This document shows, one piece after another, positions 47,846 through 56,635 of a stretch of DNA of 64,000 nt (position 1 is the first letter of the stretch; each line of letters begins with the position of its first letter). Under the pieces are notes generated by a model that was not told the origin of the DNA, did not search any database, and saw only the letters and a list, made by a program, of their open reading frames with translations. The DNA comes from Candidatus Latescibacterota bacterium (GTDB taxonomy: Bacteria; Latescibacterota; UBA2968). A program made the translations under genes and the position numbers. The stretch is taken from positions 4,576,001 to 4,640,000 of the forward strand of contig OZ242311.1 of NCBI GenBank assembly GCA_965207885.1, written 5' to 3'.

Positions 47846-48208
47846 GCTCTTGATAAATTCCACAATAAGGCTATGGAAGTGGCGTTTTTCGCTGACCAAG
47901 AACGACGGCGGGGTAATGAGAAACAGGCAGCGGAGTTGTTTAAGCAGGCACTGGACCTGGAGCTTAAGGCCCTTGATGAGATAACCGAGCCTGTTGAACC
48001 GAGATACTCAGTATTGCATCGCAGTGCTGGTTGGCTGGCTTTGGACTGCAATAAACCACGCTTAGCAGAGCAACTGGCATGTAAAGCCCTCGCTGGCGAA
48101 CCTCATCCAAAAATCGCTGAGGAACTGCGCGATCTGCTGGCGGAAACCTACGCACGGATGCACGGCAAATCCAAGGGTGCCGCCGTGACCAAAACCGCTG
48201 ATGACTAA
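47840..48208 (+). CDS. Small all-helical (TPR-like) hypothetical protein
   Basis: 122 aa ORF with amphipathic helices. Confidence 0.72.
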   Translation: MGALDKFHNKAMEVAFFADQERRRGNEKQAAELFKQALDLELKALDEITEPVEPRYSVLHRSAGWLALDCNKPRLAEQLACKALAGEPHPKIAEELRDLLAETYARMHGKSKGAAVTKTADD

Positions 48209-48308
48209 CTGCCCTTACAAGCGAGTTACTCGAGCGCATGTCCAGATTTCTACAACAACAAGGTTTTCTCTGAATTCCATCGCTCCAAAAATTCAGGAGG
48301 TTAATTAA
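48201..48308 (+). CDS. 35-aa bridging ORF coupled to both neighbours
   Basis: ATG overlaps upstream stop region; its TAA overlaps next ATG (TAATG). Confidence 0.3.
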   Translation: MTNCPYKRVTRAHVQISTTTRFSLNSIAPKIQEVN

Positions 48309-49990
48309 TGTGGATGTACTCCCATTGTAATGGAATGGACCAGTATAGCCGTTACTTAAATGTGGGTCTTTACAGGGATACGCCTCTGTCCATCGGGAGT
48401 TCTGCGAAGGTTTGCCACGGGCAGTTTGGTCAATATCTTAAAGACAGATTAGAAATCCAGCGAATACCCTATGGCCTTTCAATGGCAGATATGATTGTCG
48501 AGCGTGCTCTAATTCCCGATCTCTTCGTCCGGTTACCTTCCGAATATTTTGCAAGTTGGGACAATTTCCCGCTTACAGAAGACTCCGAAATGTCAGAAGA
48601 GTTGAAACCTGCCGATTACCATAGCGTGTCTATTCCTGATGACGGCACTTGGTCGCTTGAATCTCTTTTGCATCCTTATGATGGAGAACTGAAGAGTGAT
48701 TTTGTCGGTCGGTTCTCAGGGGAAGTCCCTCGGACTCTGAAGAAACAGGAGCACTCTAATGGGGATTATTTCCGACCATATGAAGCATATTTTTCCTATT
48801 GGAAAAGCTATATTTTCGTAGAAGCTCTCGATGGCTATGAACATATTGATAAATTCCTATCGTGGAAGACAGGTCGAGAAATTTTGATATCGAGATTTAC
48901 AAATGTGAGCCAGCAGTGGGAAGAGAATTACAAGGATGTTTTCACACGACTCTCCTTTTATAGAACGGCAAAAACAATTTTGACCCTATGGGAGGCCCCT
49001 CGCATTTCAATTACCTATAAGGAACTTTCAGAGTTTATCCAAAAGGTAACGAATTGTAATTCTGAATTGCTAGAACAGGATATGGAAAAGCTCTTGATTC
49101 TGTTTGGACACTGGGAAAAACGACAGAAAGAGGGAAGACGGTATTATCCACAGGCGATAGAACTCCTCAGACAAGATATATATTTTCTTCTTGAATGGCT
49201 TTGTATCCTGACCAATAAGCCGCAAGAAGTCTATTTTAAGAAATGGAGCTATAATATAGAACCACATGATATCTGGGTACAACTCAAAGAGGTAATCTCT
49301 TATGAAGAATTTGAATTAGAAAGGAGATTTATTAGATATGTACCAAGCTATGCTGAGATTTTAAAAAAAGAGGGATATATAACGGATGTCAAAAGCGTCT
49401 ATGCGCGGCTTGCTGAACAGGAGAGCTTTTGGCCTTGGATCCGCGCTTTCTCTGATTTACACGACCAAATAGTACCAACGAGTTCCACAAAACCTCTTGT
49501 TTTCAAACAACCTCGAATTCTTGATCATCTTCTTGTATTAGCAATTCGTACGGAAGTATTAATTCGGGCGTTTTTTAGCAAGACCGATCAGGCTGAAGAA
49601 GTCCGGGATTTGCGTCTCGTATTTGATAAGTTCTCAAAAAAATTACCTGATAGATCGAAAGAACGAAGTATTTTGGGTACGATTTCTGATACAGAAAAAT
49701 GGAATAAAACTGAACTAAGCGGAAGACCTGACGAAATTTTTGGGAATATAGACCAAATTTCTCAGAAGAAGAAATGGAGTAAATTTCAGCATCATATCTT
49801 TTTATCTCTAATGCGATTTGTGACCGCACGAAATTATTTTGCCCACCACTCCTTCAAAGATGGAACGTTGAATTACCATGTAGAAAAACTCCCGGAACAA
49901 ATTTTGACTTCTTGCTTGGAAAGTGTGATTTATATGGATTCTGTCGTTCAAAAAATTATCTCAGACGATAAAAACCAAGTCTGCTCCTGA
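48308..49990 (+). CDS. AT-rich hypothetical protein with C-terminal HEPN-like RxxxxH motif
   Basis: AGGAGG SD; ARNYFAH near C-terminus; composition visibly AT-richer than flanks. Confidence 0.75.
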   Translation: MWMYSHCNGMDQYSRYLNVGLYRDTPLSIGSSAKVCHGQFGQYLKDRLEIQRIPYGLSMADMIVERALIPDLFVRLPSEYFASWDNFPLTEDSEMSEELKPADYHSVSIPDDGTWSLESLLHPYDGELKSDFVGRFSGEVPRTLKKQEHSNGDYFRPYEAYFSYWKSYIFVEALDGYEHIDKFLSWKTGREILISRFTNVSQQWEENYKDVFTRLSFYRTAKTILTLWEAPRISITYKELSEFIQKVTNCNSELLEQDMEKLLILFGHWEKRQKEGRRYYPQAIELLRQDIYFLLEWLCILTNKPQEVYFKKWSYNIEPHDIWVQLKEVISYEEFELERRFIRYVPSYAEILKKEGYITDVKSVYARLAEQESFWPWIRAFSDLHDQIVPTSSTKPLVFKQPRILDHLLVLAIRTEVLIRAFFSKTDQAEEVRDLRLVFDKFSKKLPDRSKERSILGTISDTEKWNKTELSGRPDEIFGNIDQISQKKKWSKFQHHIFLSLMRFVTARNYFAHHSFKDGTLNYHVEKLPEQILTSCLESVIYMDSVVQKIISDDKNQVCS

Positions 49991-50020
49991 TTCACGTTTC
50001 CTATTGCTTATCCTCTCCCT

Positions 50021-50071
50021 ACATCCTTTCCACCGCATCCCGTATCTTCTTATCAAATCGCTCAATCAACG
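50021..50071. repeat. 51-bp direct repeat copy 1 (gene-end remnant)
   Basis: 45/51 identical to 50612-50662. Confidence 0.85.
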
Positions 50072-50108
50072 AACGAAAGGTCAATCGGTCTTAATTTGCC
50101 TGCGCTAC

Positions 50109-50236
50109 TTATTGCCAATCCTCTCCAGTGACCTGTTTAAGCACGGTTCGGACGAATTGATCGTCGAGATATAGACCTGCATAGCTCAGGCAAGGGTGAT
50201 GGTCGGCGAGGCATTGAGTATCCACCCCTCACTCAC
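50109..50236 (-). pseudogene. Internally deleted DUF3368/PIN-like toxin remnant
   Basis: N-terminal VSEGWILNASPTITLA* joined to C-terminal AGLYLDDQFVRTVLKQVTGEDWQ*; overlaps UPF0175 stop. Confidence 0.65.
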
Positions 50237-50480
50237 TGTTTACTTCCTCTGCTATTTCGTCCACACTGTATTGGAATACTGAAACCTCAAACCGGCCCAG
50301 TGCCTCAATGAACTCACTGCGGGATAGTCCAGCAATCTCAGCCGCCCGGCTTTGAGAAACCTCCCCCATCTCGTACCATTTCACAGCGGCAGCCAAACGC
50401 AATTCTTGGGCGAAATGATCCGGGTCTTTTCGCACCGAAGAGAGCGCGTCTTCTGGCAGTTCAAAAGTGACTGTTACCAT
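50229..50480 (-). CDS. UPF0175 family antitoxin-like protein
   Basis: ELRLAAAVKWYEMGEVSQSRAAEIAGLSRSEF; own promoter TTGATT-17-TATATT at 50578-50550. Confidence 0.88.
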   Translation of the reverse strand: MVTVTFELPEDALSSVRKDPDHFAQELRLAAAVKWYEMGEVSQSRAAEIAGLSRSEFIEALGRFEVSVFQYSVDEIAEEVNSE

Positions 50481-50611
50481 GTGATTCTCTCCTGATAGAC
50501 CAATTTGTGTTGCGTGTAATCGTCCTACCACAGTCGCGTGGTTTTTTACAATATATGAGAACGCAATTGTTGAATCAAATCATTACTGCTATTTCACTTC
50601 ACTCGCTTCCC

Positions 50612-50662
50612 ACACCCTTCCTACCGCAACCCGTATCTTCTTTTTAAATCGCTCAATCAACG
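50612..50662. repeat. 51-bp direct repeat copy 2 (gene-end remnant)
   Basis: Minus frame reads LIERFKKKIRVAVGRVWEASEVK*. Confidence 0.85.
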
Positions 50663-50681
50663 TATTCCCTATTCTTAGGTC

Positions 50682-50948
50682 TCATTGTTTTTCGATAGCC
50701 TCGGGCGCAATAGCAGTCGGCTGACTTTCCAGATAGAGCGTGTCATAGCTCAGGTCTAACTCACCTGGCCATTCCACGGAACCTGCTACTACACGGACCG
50801 CCTGGAAGGTGGCGCGATTCTGAAGGCGCACAAAGACGCCGCGCTGGAGATAGGGGTTCACATCGAATATCCGCTGTTCACCGTTCTCAAATATTAATTC
50901 CAGTTGGTAATCTTCGAGTGGGCGTACCTGCTTGACATAGGGATTCAT
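50682..50948 (-). CDS. DUF2442 domain protein (orphan antitoxin-like)
   Basis: VRPLEDYQLELIFENG...GSVEWPGELDLSYDTLY. Confidence 0.85.
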   Translation of the reverse strand: MNPYVKQVRPLEDYQLELIFENGEQRIFDVNPYLQRGVFVRLQNRATFQAVRVVAGSVEWPGELDLSYDTLYLESQPTAIAPEAIEKQ

Positions 50949-50965
50949 TTCAGTCTCCCAAACCA

Positions 50966-51847
50966 TCATCTATCACCCGATAATTTCGCATACTCAATTT
51001 CCAGTGGCTGGGTGATGCGTTTAGCAATTTCCAGGAGGTCGGGCCGGTTGGGTGGGACATCTTTTTCCATTTTTCCATCGGGATAGACTGTTACTGTGTC
51101 TATCCTTTTTATGAATCCCTTTTTGGCTGTCGCGCGATTGAACTGGAGGCCGTCTTTTGAAATTGCCATGCGAGTCTGTAAAATGTGTCCTTCGCCGATG
51201 ATGCGAAAAAGAAAGCCCAGGATGCCGGATGTTGGGCGCCCTGTAAGTCCTTTGATCTCGTCATAGGCAACCCAATTTCCAAAATCCAGCAGTCGATAGG
51301 TCATCACCCGCTGATTGGTTACTTTGAGATTCGGCGTCGAAAGCGTATCCATGTACGAATATCGATCCGGCTTGCCGGGCTGGTCTTCCCACCAGATTCG
51401 CACATTTACTGCCAGTTCTGGCGTTGGGGCTTCCACTATCTCTCGGATGACGCGATCTACCCGATAATCTATTTCTGTATTCTGTTTGTATTGATAGGAT
51501 AACTGCGCGTACTGGGGCATTGCGTTTTCCGGGCGTGCGGTCACTTCCATAAATGCCTGAAACCAGTTTTCGTACCCAATAAATAGCGGCAGTCCCTGCG
51601 GATCGCGCGCCCTTGCCTTCTGTGCGAGATAAAGGATCATCTCTCCCTGAAAACGCGCACCATTGGTCGTTGCTGTCGGGTCGTAATCGCTACATTGCCG
51701 CATCGCCTCTATGATCTCTGCCCGACTGACCACCTGATACCCCGGGCGCGCTGTATCTGCCTCGACACCTGCTGGACGATGCAGTGATAAGAAAAAACAA
51801 AGGAGGGTTGCAATTCTCAACCCTCCTTTGTAGTGAAAGCCCGTCAT
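50966..51847 (-). CDS. Hypothetical (possibly exported) protein; 5' end uncertain
   Basis: 293 aa ORF; N-terminal codons overlap a terminator hairpin. Confidence 0.65.
   Translation of the reverse strand: MTGFHYKGGLRIATLLCFFLSLHRPAGVEADTARPGYQVVSRAEIIEAMRQCSDYDPTATTNGARFQGEMILYLAQKARARDPQGLPLFIGYENWFQAFMEVTARPENAMPQYAQLSYQYKQNTEIDYRVDRVIREIVEAPTPELAVNVRIWWEDQPGKPDRYSYMDTLSTPNLKVTNQRVMTYRLLDFGNWVAYDEIKGLTGRPTSGILGFLFRIIGEGHILQTRMAISKDGLQFNRATAKKGFIKRIDTVTVYPDGKMEKDVPPNRPDLLEIAKRITQPLEIEYAKLSGDR
51792..51831 (-). terminator. Intrinsic terminator after coiled-coil protein gene
   Basis: 14-bp stem acaaaggagggttg/caaccctcctttgt followed by U-run. Confidence 0.75.
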
Positions 51848-51876
51848 GTTATCCCTAATTCGTTACGCCACGCTGT

Positions 51877-52731
51877 CTAATTTTTCAACACAATGAGGAT
51901 GCGCTGACCGACGAGCAAGGGATCGGAAAAGGAGATGGTGACGGTTTGGGCTGCTTTATCCTCGCTGAGTGCGTATTCTTTGTCTTTGCTCAGTTTGCCA
52001 TGGTCGTCGCATACGGCGGCGAGTTCGCCCTGTACCGTAATGTTTTCTCCAATGGCAACTTTCTTGACGTCGGTGTTGTCAACATCGGGGAAATTTATAA
52101 TCTTGTAGTTTTTGCGAATCCTTCGCCAGGTATGGAGATACCCCTGTTCTTTCAGATTATCTTCAATACCGATATAGACGAGGACTGAACTGATAATTTC
52201 CTCTGCATCCTTAAGGTCTTCCTGGGTGACTTTAAGGTCTTCCTGGGTGACCTTAAGATCTTCCTGGGTGACCTTAAGATCTTCCCGGGTAGCCTGAAGG
52301 TCATTATGCGCTTTTTCGAGGGCTTCTGTTACGCGTTGAAGGCGACTGGTTTGCTCGAATAGGCTGTTGCGAAGGCTGTCGCGGGAGGCTGTGGCTTGTT
52401 CGAGGTCACCTCGCAGAGTGGTAGTGAGACGCCTGTACTCTTTCATTTCATTGGTAAGGCGGTGGAGGGTGGTCAGCAAAACTTTATTTGATTTGCTGGT
52501 ACTGTCCATTTGCGCACGCACAGAATCGATGCGGACATTTAATCCCTCAACTACATGGTTAAGAGAGTCTATCAGTGCTTCATCGCGTTTGGCTTCTTCT
52601 TCTATTTGCATAACGTAGGGACTTTCCTTAATTATTTCCTCTTCGCTGGGCAAAAACGCGATGTACAAAAGAAGGGCCAATGCGATGGCGGCAATGCCAA
52701 TCACCAGGATAATTTGTTTGTTGTTTTCCAC
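51877..52731 (-). CDS. Membrane-anchored coiled-coil protein
   Basis: GTG start with AGGAGG; N-terminal TM; long heptad region. Confidence 0.78.
   Translation of the reverse strand: MENNKQIILVIGIAAIALALLLYIAFLPSEEEIIKESPYVMQIEEEAKRDEALIDSLNHVVEGLNVRIDSVRAQMDSTSKSNKVLLTTLHRLTNEMKEYRRLTTTLRGDLEQATASRDSLRNSLFEQTSRLQRVTEALEKAHNDLQATREDLKVTQEDLKVTQEDLKVTQEDLKDAEEIISSVLVYIGIEDNLKEQGYLHTWRRIRKNYKIINFPDVDNTDVKKVAIGENITVQGELAAVCDDHGKLSKDKEYALSEDKAAQTVTISFSDPLLVGQRILIVLKN
52211..52294. repeat. 21-bp in-frame tandem repeat x4 (VTQEDLK)
   Basis: ttaag(g/a)tcttcctgggtgac(c/t) units. Confidence 0.9.
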
Positions 52732-52858
52732 GAGGTACCTCCTGATTTGAGGGTAAAAAAACGGTTGCAAAAAATGGGTTTTGGAGAGCAAGGGATTTTC
52801 TATGGGGCTGTCCCTGCTCTGAATTATTTGCGTGGTGAAACTGTGTGGTCCTCCCTTT

Positions 52859-54286
52859 TTATGGTGTTATTACGGTTTCGCGGTTGGGAAACCCGCCGCC
52901 CAATGCGAGGTGAAGGTCTATGCGCGCCTGGAGTCGTTGCTGGCGCACAACGAGCAATTGGCTTTCGGTCAGGTAAGCCGTGTTGCGCGTTTGAAGCACG
53001 GTCAACAGGTCTATAAGCCCTCTGTAATATCTATCTTCTGCCAAGCGGCGCGCTTCCCTCGCCTGTTCAGCGGCGGTTTCCAGAGCGGTCTGGCGTTTTG
53101 CCAGATGTGCCTCTGCTGAGAGTGCATTTTCAACTTCGCCATATGCTTGCAAAACGGTTTGGGCAAATAGTGCGGCGGCTTCGTTTTCCCTGGCACTGGC
53201 CAGGTCGATGTTGCCCTGTATGCGTCCGCCCTGTAAGAGGGGTTGTGTGAGGTTGGCGATCAGGCTCCACACGCTGAAGTCCCCATTGAGCAGATTGTCC
53301 AATGCGTCGCTGCTGGTTCCGCTCGAAGCGGTCAGGCTGATGCGCGGATAACGCAGGCGTTTGGCGGCTTTGTGATTGGCCTGAGACGCGGCAAATTGGC
53401 GTTCAATAGCAATGAGGTCGGGGCGTCGAGAAATGAGATCTGCCGGAAGGCCCGCGGGCACTGGATTTGGCACCCGGGGAAGGTCGCCGGCAATGGCGAA
53501 TGTGCCCGATGGATAGCGACCGATGAGCACTTCGAGTTGGCGAATAGCCATTTCATAGCGTTGTTCGCGCTGGTGCAGGCGGTCTTGAGATAGCGCGAGT
53601 TCCGATTGGCTCTGGCGCATGTCGAGCGAGGGTCGCACACCGCGTTCGTAGCGCGTGCGTACTTGTTTGTGGTTGGTGAGGCTATTTTCGTACGTTGCCT
53701 GCGCGAGTTCGAGTTGACGCCTGGCTTCGATGGTGGCAAACCACGCTTTGGCGGTTTGTGCCGCCAGTGACATGCGCGCGCCCCGGTACATAGCCTGTGT
53801 GGCTTGATAGGTGGCCTGTGCAGCCGCAGCACTTGCGCCAAGCCGTCCCCAGAGGTCGATTTCCCACGCGGCATTGATGGAAACGCCATAGGTGGTGTTG
53901 GTGTTTGAGAGTACTTCTCCAGGCGCCTGACCGGGGAAGGGAAATCCGATGAAGTTTTGTTTGCGTCTCAATCCCGATGATCCCGCGCTGAGTTGTGGGT
54001 ATAGGGGTGCGCCGGCCAATTTGGCCTGTGCGCGTGCGGCTTTGAGACGCGATGCAGCAGCGTGCAGGTTGTGGTTGTATGCGAGTGCTTGCGCGATTAA
54101 GCTGTCGAGACGGCTATCGTTAAATGTCGCCCACCAGAGGGTGTCTGCAGGTGTTGTTGTGGCGGTTTCTGTCTGATAAGCACGAGGTGGCTGGACAGGG
54201 GATTGTTGCACGCGAGGCGCTGAAGCACAAGCTATCATGAGAGCAAAGCAGAGTGTAAAGAAGTGCCAGGCCGGGTGGGTACTCAT
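52859..54286 (-). CDS. Outer-membrane efflux factor lipoprotein (NodT/OprM type)
   Basis: Lipobox MIAC, WWATFND, WEIDLWG, LISRRPD, ALGGG. Confidence 0.92.
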   Translation of the reverse strand: MSTHPAWHFFTLCFALMIACASAPRVQQSPVQPPRAYQTETATTTPADTLWWATFNDSRLDSLIAQALAYNHNLHAAASRLKAARAQAKLAGAPLYPQLSAGSSGLRRKQNFIGFPFPGQAPGEVLSNTNTTYGVSINAAWEIDLWGRLGASAAAAQATYQATQAMYRGARMSLAAQTAKAWFATIEARRQLELAQATYENSLTNHKQVRTRYERGVRPSLDMRQSQSELALSQDRLHQREQRYEMAIRQLEVLIGRYPSGTFAIAGDLPRVPNPVPAGLPADLISRRPDLIAIERQFAASQANHKAAKRLRYPRISLTASSGTSSDALDNLLNGDFSVWSLIANLTQPLLQGGRIQGNIDLASARENEAAALFAQTVLQAYGEVENALSAEAHLAKRQTALETAAEQAREARRLAEDRYYRGLIDLLTVLQTRNTAYLTESQLLVVRQQRLQARIDLHLALGGGFPNRETVITP

Positions 54287-54382
54287 TCTCGATCTCCTGA
54301 ATGAATCTGACTGCTGATTGCGCTTATCATAAAGAAACTTTTATTTTTGTCAATATATATCGCAATCGGAGAGGATTAGATT

Positions 54383-55330
54383 ATGGCGACGCATTGTTTT
54401 GAGGGCATACTCGAATGCATGTCGGTTAATATAGGATTGACACTGGGATCGGGGCAGGTGTTTCGGTGGGGACGAGATGTCGATGGGTGGTGGAAGGGTA
54501 TTGCTTATGGCGTGGTTGTGCACCTGAGACAGATGGGAGACCAGATCCAATATCGCGCGTCGTCTGAGCGGGTGGCTACATACTGCGGGGAGATGGCGAT
54601 TGGTGATTTTTTGAGGTGGTATTTAAGATTGGATCACATGCCCCGGATCAGGGTGCCGCGCGGGGATACCTATTTGCGAAAGGCGCGGGATTTGTTGAAG
54701 GGGTTGCAATTTGTTCGCCAGGATCCATTCGAGTGTATTATTTCTTATGTTCTCTCGGTTCAAGCACATATGTCGTTGACTAAAAAGCGGATCGGATTTA
54801 TTGCGCGAACTCTGGGCGAGAGACAGGTTTTTGAGGGCGAGACTTACTGGACATTTCCAGGGCCGGATGCCCTATCTGAGTTAGACAGCAGATTTTACAG
54901 GCGTTACCGTTTTGGCTGGCGTTCGGAGCGGGTGGCAGAAACTGCGCGGTTTATCGCCGGGGCGGTGAGCGATGGGGCAGACCTGGATACCTGGCGGTGT
55001 ATTTCCGATGATTTGCACGCGCTGTCCGGCAGTGGGGTTGGTATTAAGGTGGCGCGGTGTATTGATCTGTTCGCACTGGATCGGCTCTATGCTGTTCCGG
55101 TTGATACATGGGTGCGAAAATTTGCCCGAGAATGGTACGATGTAACGGGTTCAGATGCGAAGATATGCCAGTGGGGTGAGGCGCGATGGGGTAAGTGGGC
55201 GGGCTATTGCAATGAGTATTTGTTCGCGTATTATCGCGAGTTGTATGGTCCCACGCTGTACGATCGGGTGCTTTCTTTTGATGCTTCTGATGAGGCTTCA
55301 GCGGTGATGCCGTTTGAAAATACGGGCTGA
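54383..55330 (+). CDS. 8-oxoguanine DNA glycosylase (OGG1-like)
   Basis: TLGSGQVFRW, QDPFECIIS, GVGIKVARC (Lys), PVDTWV (Asp). Confidence 0.88.
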   Translation: MATHCFEGILECMSVNIGLTLGSGQVFRWGRDVDGWWKGIAYGVVVHLRQMGDQIQYRASSERVATYCGEMAIGDFLRWYLRLDHMPRIRVPRGDTYLRKARDLLKGLQFVRQDPFECIISYVLSVQAHMSLTKKRIGFIARTLGERQVFEGETYWTFPGPDALSELDSRFYRRYRFGWRSERVAETARFIAGAVSDGADLDTWRCISDDLHALSGSGVGIKVARCIDLFALDRLYAVPVDTWVRKFAREWYDVTGSDAKICQWGEARWGKWAGYCNEYLFAYYRELYGPTLYDRVLSFDASDEASAVMPFENTG

Positions 55331-55336
55331 TTGTTT

Positions 55337-56608
55337 TTATTCTCTCGCGTATTTGGGGTTACCAAAGCCGTCGTTGACGATGTGAGAGCGGGCGGGGATT
55401 TCGGATTTTTCGGGAATGATGAGATCCAGTTCGGTGCTGTTTTCAACAATTGTGCCGTCGCCCACGCGCACGTGATCTCCAAGGATGATTTTTCCCGGAT
55501 CGCGGGAACCAGAGCGCACGGTGCCGAGCACGACTGACGATGCGATTTGACAGTCTGTGCCCGTTTCGACAAAACCGTAGATGTCTGTGCCGCTGCCAAT
55601 TGTGGATCGGTCGCCAATGACGACGGGACCGAGCAAGGTGGCATCTGTGCCAATTCTTACGAAATTGCCAATGGTGGGATGTCGTTGCCGCGCTCTTCCT
55701 GTCAGTCCGCCGAGCGTGCAGGGGTAGATGATGCATCCGTAGCCTATGATGCCGGTTTGACCGGTTGTGAGGCCGCGGTGAGGGTGTTCGAGAAAGTTGG
55801 CGTCTGCAATGGTGGTTTCCGGGTGAAGGTCGGCCTGATAATAGCGCCCGCCGAGTTCTGAAATGGCACGGGGCAGGAGGGGGATGGGTGTGCAGTTAAA
55901 ATTTTCGACCACGCCGGTTTGCGTGAGGGCATTGGCGATGTCGTGATAAAACAGGACGCGCCATCCGGGATAGGCACTGGCGACGAGTTGCATCTGATAT
56001 GCGAAGACAGATTGCAGGCCTTTTTCGGCGAGAAATGCTTCGTAGAGATCAAAGTCGCGCGCTTCAATGGCTTTGTCAATGACGGGAGCAAATGTGAAGG
56101 CGGCGAGGTCGCTGTCATCCAGGTTGTGTATTTTGCGTGAATACGCATCCCACACGGCGGGATCTTTGAGCGATGCAAAGCGGTTCCAGAGTGCGCGGGT
56201 TTTGAGTTGGGGCAGCCGAGAAATGAGCGCGAAGGCCGATTGTAGCGCAGCGTCTTCTATAGGACCGTTTTTGTCCTGCGCAGCTTGAAGCGATTGGTAG
56301 ATCATGGCGTAGAGTTGGTCGGCAATTTCTTCGATGTTTTCAGTCAGGGTCGCCTGCGCAGCCTGGGACGCGTTGTGGGAGCCTGGTGCGACGCATTCGA
56401 GCATGTTGCCGAGGACGGTTTCGAGGAGATCGCGATTGACAAAACCGCGACCCGATCGCTGCGAGAGAATCCCGCGGTTGATGGGGTCAATGCGCAGAGC
56501 AGCCAGTTCTTCTGCTGTGTAAATCGGTCGAATTTGTTCGATTACTTTTTCGAGGAGCGGGCGTTTGCGGTTTGCATACGCGGCGTCGAATAAGGTGGTG
56601 TTGTTCAA
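55337..56608 (-). CDS. Divergent serine O-acetyltransferase-like hexapeptide protein
   Basis: DLHPETTI, TLGG, RHPTIG, LLGPVVIGD; long N-terminal helical region. Confidence 0.7.
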   Translation of the reverse strand: MNNTTLFDAAYANRKRPLLEKVIEQIRPIYTAEELAALRIDPINRGILSQRSGRGFVNRDLLETVLGNMLECVAPGSHNASQAAQATLTENIEEIADQLYAMIYQSLQAAQDKNGPIEDAALQSAFALISRLPQLKTRALWNRFASLKDPAVWDAYSRKIHNLDDSDLAAFTFAPVIDKAIEARDFDLYEAFLAEKGLQSVFAYQMQLVASAYPGWRVLFYHDIANALTQTGVVENFNCTPIPLLPRAISELGGRYYQADLHPETTIADANFLEHPHRGLTTGQTGIIGYGCIIYPCTLGGLTGRARQRHPTIGNFVRIGTDATLLGPVVIGDRSTIGSGTDIYGFVETGTDCQIASSVVLGTVRSGSRDPGKIILGDHVRVGDGTIVENSTELDLIIPEKSEIPARSHIVNDGFGNPKYARE

Positions 56609-56635
56609 AGAAAATTCCTTTGTGATCCTGTTTGT

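Noticed and set aside
46844-51830. Intact IS or integron
   Set aside because: No transposase or integrase ORF, and no attC-like GTTRRRY pairs recognised.
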